Below, piece by piece: positions 58,485 to 64,000 of a DNA stretch of 64,000 nucleotides. The stretch's first letter is position 1. Every line of letters begins with the position of its first letter. Source of the DNA: Promethearchaeota archaeon (lineage in GTDB: Archaea; Asgardarchaeota; Lokiarchaeia; Sigyniarchaeales; SOKP01); assembly GCA_048941265.1 (NCBI GenBank), contig JBHLNT010000001.1:21974-85973 (forward strand). Reading direction: 5' to 3'. The notes below the pieces were generated by a model. That model had not been told where the DNA came from, ran no database searches, and saw only the letters and a program-made list of their open reading frames with translations. The position numbers were made by a program, and so were the translations under genes.

Positions 58485-59168
58485 CTAAAAATTATAATAT
58501 TTTCCTTTATCCTTCAGCCTATAAAATCCAAATCGTTCTCTCCTTCTATCTCTCATCGCTAAACTTTGCCAATTCATATCTTTAGTATAGAATTCAAATT
58601 TATGAAGTTTTAATGCATCATATAATTTAAATCTCAAATTACCTATACGAATCTTTATTAGATTTTCCCCTTCTGCCTTTAAAGGATTATATAAAGCAAA
58701 TACAAAGAATTCGAGGTTATCTAGATTCAAATCTTTTGCTACTTTTATTGCTATGTCATGAGTAGCTTGATGGTCGGGATGTTTATTGTTCCCACTTGGA
58801 ATCACAAATCTTGTTGCTTCCTTAACAATATCTTTAATTTTCTCTACAGCATCATTAATATGCTCTTTTAATTCTTGATCATAGAACTTCAAGAAATGCC
58901 TATTTTCTTTTTTAACACCCAAGAATTTACCTGCAGCATCTGCTTCTAATAATCTAATTCTTGCTAACTCTTCCTCGGTTATTTTAGTTTCCTCGCAATC
59001 TTCAAGCTCACCTAACTCTCTCGCTTTTCGATAACCAGCTCTTCCATCTGTAAACCAAATGATATGAACCTCATGTCCTTCTTCAAGCCATTTCATGATT
59101 GATCCCCCTGCTCCAAAACATTCATCATCCGGATGGGGTGCAAACACAAAAATTTTAATGATATTCAC
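58485..59168 (-). CDS. PIG-L/LmbE-family N-acetylglucosaminyl deacetylase
   Basis: FAPHPDDECFGAGG (the family's HPDDE metal motif) and a downstream HPDHQATH. Confidence 0.85.
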   Translation of the reverse strand: MNIIKIFVFAPHPDDECFGAGGSIMKWLEEGHEVHIIWFTDGRAGYRKARELGELEDCEETKITEEELARIRLLEADAAGKFLGVKKENRHFLKFYDQELKEHINDAVEKIKDIVKEATRFVIPSGNNKHPDHQATHDIAIKVAKDLNLDNLEFFVFALYNPLKAEGENLIKIRIGNLRFKLYDALKLHKFEFYTKDMNWQSLAMRDRRRERFGFYRLKDKGKYYNF

Positions 59169-59377
59169 TTAAATCTGTAATTTTATTGTATAACTATTAT
59201 TTTCGAGAATATAATAGATTATTCCCTAAATTTATTATATAGAATTAAAAACTATTTAAAATAGAATAAGAATATGTAAAAAATTGCTCCATTAGCAATC
59301 TTTATATTTTTATTTAAAGAATTATATATTTAATAAATATTTTATAAATTAAGTGATCTTAATAGGAGAAAATTAAA

Positions 59378-60838
59378 ATGAGTGAGGATATCGGTATAGG
59401 TGAAAAGGAAACTTATGCACATTCAAAATATATCATGGCTAGTTATGGTTCCAGAGAAATGTTTGGCCAATGGATCGCAGCAGCCTTTGGATTCATGGTT
59501 TTTTTCTATTATGAGGCAGTTGTAGGCTTAGATGTAGTTTTAGCTGCTTTTGCATATGTTTTATACTCAATTTGGAATGCGATTAATGATCCTTTTTTTG
59601 GATACATAATGGAAAAAATTCATATGCCCTGGGAAAAAAAATGGGGAATAAAAAGATTTCCATGGATAATTCTTGCAGCTTTCCCATGGTTAATTTCTTT
59701 CTCATTAATTTTTATGGTACCCGCTGAATGGGACCCAGTATCCAATTCAAATGACAATTGGCCTGTATTTTTTTGGTTCTTAATTACTATATGCATTTAC
59801 GATACTCTTAATACATTATTTGATGTAAATGTTCTGAGCCTCTATCCAGATAAATTCCAAGGTCTTAATGAACGTAGGACAGTCCAAGGATTTGGAACGA
59901 TCTTAGGGATAATCGGACTTGTAATGGCAGCCACCATCCCGCCATTATTTATAACTACAGGAGTAAGAGAAACATACGTAACAGCCGCCCTCGTGACCAC
60001 TAGTTTTGGAATGGTTATACTTTTAATAGCAATTCCTGGAATTTGGGAAGATAGAAAAACAAGGGAACTTTATAAAGTAAGGCGTCAAAAATTAGAGCCT
60101 AAAGAATCAGAAAATTTTTTCAAGTCAGCTAAAATTGTAATTAATAACAAAAACTTTATAGCAAAAGTAACTCTTTTCTTTGGGTATCAAGTAGGGGCTG
60201 TTATGTTACAGTATTCCGCTTTTTATGTTGTTACATATATTCTAGATGAAGAAGCAATAGTTATTACTTATCTTTTAGGATCTATGCTTATTGGAGCTAT
60301 TATCTCAATTCCAATTTGGGTTTTTCTTTCGCATAGGTTAAATAATAATAAAAAGATTAGCGTAATGGGTGCCATCGTAATGTTTGTTTCGTTTATTCCT
60401 ATGATCTTTGTTTCTGATTTATTAGGTTGGATATTGCTTTTGATTCTTTTTGGAGTTGGACTTGGTGGTCAATGGTTTTCTGATCCTCCAACATTGGCAG
60501 ATGTAATAGATGATGCAACTGTTAAAACTGGAAAACGACAGCAAGCAATTTATTACGGTTTTCAAGCTTTTTTTATCCGATTAGGTTACGCAACAATTGC
60601 TGTTACCATTGCAATCGTACATTCATTAACAGGTTTCGTAGAGGGTGCTCCAAGTCTCGCAGAATTGAAAGCGAGAAGCCCAACGCCTGAATTAGCTTTA
60701 TTCGGAATTCGAATCCATGCAGCCATAGTTCCAGCAATTTTAATTATAGTTACAGTGCTTATTTTCTGGAAATTTTACGACCTTACACCTGACCATGTTG
60801 CTAAAAATAAGGCCAAATTAAAAGAGCTTGGACTATAA
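59378..60838 (+). CDS. GPH-family glycoside/cation symporter (paralog of 28757-30160)
   Basis: NAINDPFFGYIMEKI...WGIKRFPWII, a shared LYPDKF block and a shared C-terminal YDLTP..V..NKA.LKE. Confidence 0.8.
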   Translation: MSEDIGIGEKETYAHSKYIMASYGSREMFGQWIAAAFGFMVFFYYEAVVGLDVVLAAFAYVLYSIWNAINDPFFGYIMEKIHMPWEKKWGIKRFPWIILAAFPWLISFSLIFMVPAEWDPVSNSNDNWPVFFWFLITICIYDTLNTLFDVNVLSLYPDKFQGLNERRTVQGFGTILGIIGLVMAATIPPLFITTGVRETYVTAALVTTSFGMVILLIAIPGIWEDRKTRELYKVRRQKLEPKESENFFKSAKIVINNKNFIAKVTLFFGYQVGAVMLQYSAFYVVTYILDEEAIVITYLLGSMLIGAIISIPIWVFLSHRLNNNKKISVMGAIVMFVSFIPMIFVSDLLGWILLLILFGVGLGGQWFSDPPTLADVIDDATVKTGKRQQAIYYGFQAFFIRLGYATIAVTIAIVHSLTGFVEGAPSLAELKARSPTPELALFGIRIHAAIVPAILIIVTVLIFWKFYDLTPDHVAKNKAKLKELGL

Positions 60839-61032
60839 TAATATTTTTTTTAATTTTTTAATTTTTCATTCTTTTTGCTTAAAAGTATATCAATCCTTAC
60901 AGCAATATTTAGATATATTTAAAATTATTGAATCGATTGGTTTTGAGGGGAAAGTAAATAAAATTACAATTTAATTTTTATAATTACAAATTTGAAAAGA
61001 AAAAGAGTAAATAATAAAGTTTATTGGCTTAT

Positions 61033-62445
61033 CTAATTTTTTTCAATCTTTTGACAAATTCTATCTATTTTTTCTAAGGTTTTATCAACGATTTCATCAG
61101 TATGCTGCATACACGTATAAAATCTGCTACCTGCAACTGAAATTAAATCTTCGTCAATTAATGCTGCTCCCATTTGTTCCATAAAATGCTTTCTTTCTGT
61201 AATTTGTCCAATATGCTGCGGGTTTTTTAAGTCTAAACCAAATACACAACTAGTGTGAAAGTGGACAGTAGCGTTATAATTATATGAAAACCATGGTAGA
61301 TTATGTTTTGCAAATAGTTCATTCATACCTTCGGTCAATCTTGAAGCGGCTCTCCCTGCTTTTTCTGTAGCATTCGTTTCTTCAACAAGTTTAATTGCCC
61401 AATATGCAGCGGCACATGTTAAAGGATTAGCTGCTATAGTTCCTCCAGTGTATGCTCTTTTTGCCCCTCCACCAACCCCCGCGGCAACCGTAGCCATGAC
61501 ATCTGCTCTCCCACCAAGAGCTGCAGCTGATGGATACCCATGCCCAACAATTTTTCCAAATACAGACAAATCTGGTGTGTACCCAAAATATGCCTGTCCC
61601 CCTCCCATGTGCAATCTAAAGGCACATACGACTTCATCCGATATTAATAGAGCACCATTTTCATGACATAATTCTTCTAATTCTTTATTAAATTCAGGTC
61701 TCACTGGCATTGCACCAGATTCACCGCCCATCGGTTCTATTATTACTGCAGCTACTTTACGTTTTTCTTTAAACATCCTCCTCATTTCCTCTATATCATT
61801 AGGAGGACAAGCGTCAATCCATTTGTAGATATCTTTAGGCATACCATGTGATTCTAAAGTTCCAGTACCGGGAATATGCATATCATAAACTAATTGATCA
61901 CTCCACCCATGATAGCTCCCGCCCATTTTAATAACCCATTTCCGGTTAGTAAACGTCCTTGCGACCCTAATTGCTAACATATCAGCCTCAGTTCCTGTTT
62001 GTAACCATCTTATTATTTCACAGGAAGGAAAGTGTTTTTGTAGTGCCTCGGCGGCTAAATATTCATATTCTTGAGTTATACCGTGGCAAGGACCAATATC
62101 TCTTATAAGTTCTAATATTTTATCTGTATGTGGCTTATAATTATGGCCTAAAATAATCGGTCCTCCACACATAAGATAATCTGTTAGTACTACATCATCA
62201 ATCGTTTCCATATAGCAGTCATATACCCGTTTACTAGTTAACGGAAAAGGATAATTGAAAGCAAGATTATGCTCCACACCACCTGGTAATATTTTCCTAG
62301 CTCTTTCAAAAGCTTCTTTAGATTTCGCATGATTTTTCTCATACCGCTCGACAATTGCTTTCAGTTCATCAGTTTTAAATTTGCTAACTGGTTGATTGAC
62401 AATATTTTTGATTTTTGCTATTTGATCTTCATATTTCATACTCAT
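61033..62445 (-). CDS. class III (PLP) aminotransferase, glutamate-1-semialdehyde aminomutase-like
   Basis: PGGVEHNL, MGGSYHGW, LISDEVVCAFR and the PLP-Lys context SVFGKIVGHGYP. Confidence 0.8.
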   Translation of the reverse strand: MSMKYEDQIAKIKNIVNQPVSKFKTDELKAIVERYEKNHAKSKEAFERARKILPGGVEHNLAFNYPFPLTSKRVYDCYMETIDDVVLTDYLMCGGPIILGHNYKPHTDKILELIRDIGPCHGITQEYEYLAAEALQKHFPSCEIIRWLQTGTEADMLAIRVARTFTNRKWVIKMGGSYHGWSDQLVYDMHIPGTGTLESHGMPKDIYKWIDACPPNDIEEMRRMFKEKRKVAAVIIEPMGGESGAMPVRPEFNKELEELCHENGALLISDEVVCAFRLHMGGGQAYFGYTPDLSVFGKIVGHGYPSAAALGGRADVMATVAAGVGGGAKRAYTGGTIAANPLTCAAAYWAIKLVEETNATEKAGRAASRLTEGMNELFAKHNLPWFSYNYNATVHFHTSCVFGLDLKNPQHIGQITERKHFMEQMGAALIDEDLISVAGSRFYTCMQHTDEIVDKTLEKIDRICQKIEKN

Positions 62446-62680
62446 TATAGCTCAATTTCCTAATTTTTAAGTTTTAGAATTTTAAGAGTCTTAATGATAA
62501 ATTCTTATTTAAGTGAATTAATATAGGATTCAAAAATAAGTTTTGGTTTAACATGATTTATCGAATATCAGTAAATATAAAATAAAAATGACTAATATCT
62601 TCGTTTTTTAAATTTAATAAAAAACTGTATAACTATGACAAAATAAAAATTAATTAACAAATACAGAATTAGTATTAATT

Positions 62681-64000
62681 ATGACAATTCAAGAAAAGAA
62701 ATATATTTTAGCCATTGACCATGGCACATCTGGAGCTAAAACTGCTATCTGTTCTACACATGGAGATGTAGTTGATTGGATTTTTGAGGAAGTACCACTA
62801 CATGTTTTTGAAGGAGGTGGTGCTGAGCAAGACCCTAAAGATTGGTGGAATGCAATAATGAATACCGCTAAAAAACTTATTGATAAAGGGCATGTACCAG
62901 TTGAAGAAATCGTAGGTGTGTGTAATACAAGTCAATGGTCGGGTACTGTGGCAGTAGATAAAAATGGAAATCATTTAATGAATGCCATCATATGGATGGA
63001 TACCCGTGGTCAACCTTATATAAAGAAGCTTCATAAGAGTTTATTACAAGTAGATGGATATTCTATTCTTTTAGCTCTTAAATGGATTAAGATAACTGGT
63101 GGAGCTCCAACCTTATCAGGTAAGGATCCTATTGCTCATATATTATGGATCAAAGATCAGCACCCTGACATTTACGAAAAAACATTTAATTTTTTAGAAC
63201 CACACGATTTTATAAATCTTAAATTAACAGGAAAATTTGCTGCTTCATTTGCGTCTATTCATAATCACTGGCTTACAGATATTAGAGATATTAAAAATAT
63301 TACCTATTCCAAGAAATTAATAAAAAAAGCCAAAGTAACACCTGATAAATTTCCTTCTGAATTGAAAAATTCTATTGACGTTTTAGGACCAATCACAAAA
63401 GAAGTAGCTGATACATTAGGTTTAGAAAAGAGCACAAAAGTATTAATGGGTGCGCCTGATTTGCATGCCGCGACTATTGGTTCCGGGGCCGTGAGAGATT
63501 ATGAAGGGCATCTTTGTATTGGTACTTCAGACTGGCTAATTTGTCATGTGCCATTTAAAAAGACAGATATGTTTCATGGGATGGCGAGTTTTCCATCAGC
63601 AATCCCTGGCAGATATTTTTTAGCTAACGAACAGGAGATTGCGGGAGGAGCTTTATCTTATCTTAGAGATAATATTCTCTATCATAAAGATGAATTGTTA
63701 GGAGAAGAAGCTGTTCCTGACGTTTACAAAATTTTCGATAAAATCGTAGAAAATACCCCTGCTGGAGCAAATAATCTTATTTTTACTCCATGGCTTTATG
63801 GAGAGAGAACCCCTATAGATGACCATACAATTAGAGCGGGTTTGCATAACATTTCACTAAACACTACACGTGAACATTTAATACGAGCAGTATTTGAGGG
63901 AGTTGCCTATAATGTAAGATGGCTTTTTTTCTATGTAGAACAATTTATTAAGAAATGGGTAAAAAAAGAGAGGCCTGGCATGAAAAAAACTGATTTTATT
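62681..64000 (+). CDS. FGGY-family carbohydrate kinase (xylulokinase/glycerol-kinase-like), 3' end beyond window
   Basis: The open frame from the ATG at 62681 to the window edge reads MTIQEKKYILAIDHGTSGAKTAI... It carries the FGGY N-terminal phosphate-1 motif (DxGTSxxK), with GAPDLHAATIG later. Confidence 0.75.
   Translation, partial: MTIQEKKYILAIDHGTSGAKTAICSTHGDVVDWIFEEVPLHVFEGGGAEQDPKDWWNAIMNTAKKLIDKGHVPVEEIVGVCNTSQWSGTVAVDKNGNHLMNAIIWMDTRGQPYIKKLHKSLLQVDGYSILLALKWIKITGGAPTLSGKDPIAHILWIKDQHPDIYEKTFNFLEPHDFINLKLTGKFAASFASIHNHWLTDIRDIKNITYSKKLIKKAKVTPDKFPSELKNSIDVLGPITKEVADTLGLEKSTKVLMGAPDLHAATIGSGAVRDYEGHLCIGTSDWLICHVPFKKTDMFHGMASFPSAIPGRYFLANEQEIAGGALSYLRDNILYHKDELLGEEAVPDVYKIFDKIVENTPAGANNLIFTPWLYGERTPIDDHTIRAGLHNISLNTTREHLIRAVFEGVAYNVRWLFFYVEQFIKKWVKKERPGMKKTDFI

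Noticed and set aside
1-64000. A window-wide scan for rRNA/tRNA genes, CRISPR arrays, transposases, integrases, toxin-antitoxin pairs and cas genes
   Set aside because: None was recognisable by eye in any ORF translation or GC-rich island. Absence should be confirmed with tRNAscan-SE, Infernal and CRISPR finders.

Overview
AT-rich (roughly 30% GC by eye), densely coding chromosomal window with no rRNA, tRNA, CRISPR array, transposase or integrase that I could recognise. The gene content is archaeal: an AroA'-type ADH synthase/class I aldolase, a short ERCC4/XPF nuclease, and FrhB/Hdr-type redox modules. Ras-superfamily GTPases, including a roadblock/longin-GTPase fusion and a Rab-like GTPase, together with many tandem paralog families fit an Asgard (Loki-type) archaeon; that placement is inference only. 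Four regions stand out. (1) 31.6-38.6 kb is a tight, co-directional operon with Shine-Dalgarno-linked genes. It combines bacterial-type glycerolipid acyltransferases (a double PlsC fusion plus a catalytically degenerate PlsC) with a split BCR/HAD-family module (an HgdC-type [4Fe-4S] ATPase and two DUF2229-like proteins). This is the enzyme family used for anaerobic plasmalogen and ether-lipid formation in bacteria. (2) 43.4-52.7 kb is a minus-strand redox operon: an HdrC-GltD-CCG fusion, an NfnA-like subunit, and two tandem wHTH-ferredoxin-FrhB-NfnB mega-fusions. (3) 0.8-3.8 kb holds a SIR2_2 domain fused to ten in-register TPRs, lying tail-to-tail with a macro-domain gene; this is a candidate NAD/ADP-ribose conflict module. 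(4) Several uncharacterised tandem paralog sets: membrane-anchored double tandem-winged-helix proteins, three 7TM proteins and three LMW-PTPs. The rest is ordinary metabolism and transport: nadB, acyl-CoA dehydrogenase, phosphohexomutase, MFS/GPH/EamA/CaCA transporters, Sir2/CobB, PIG-L deacetylase, a class III aminotransferase and an FGGY kinase. All calls rest on motif reading of the supplied translations; no database search was run.
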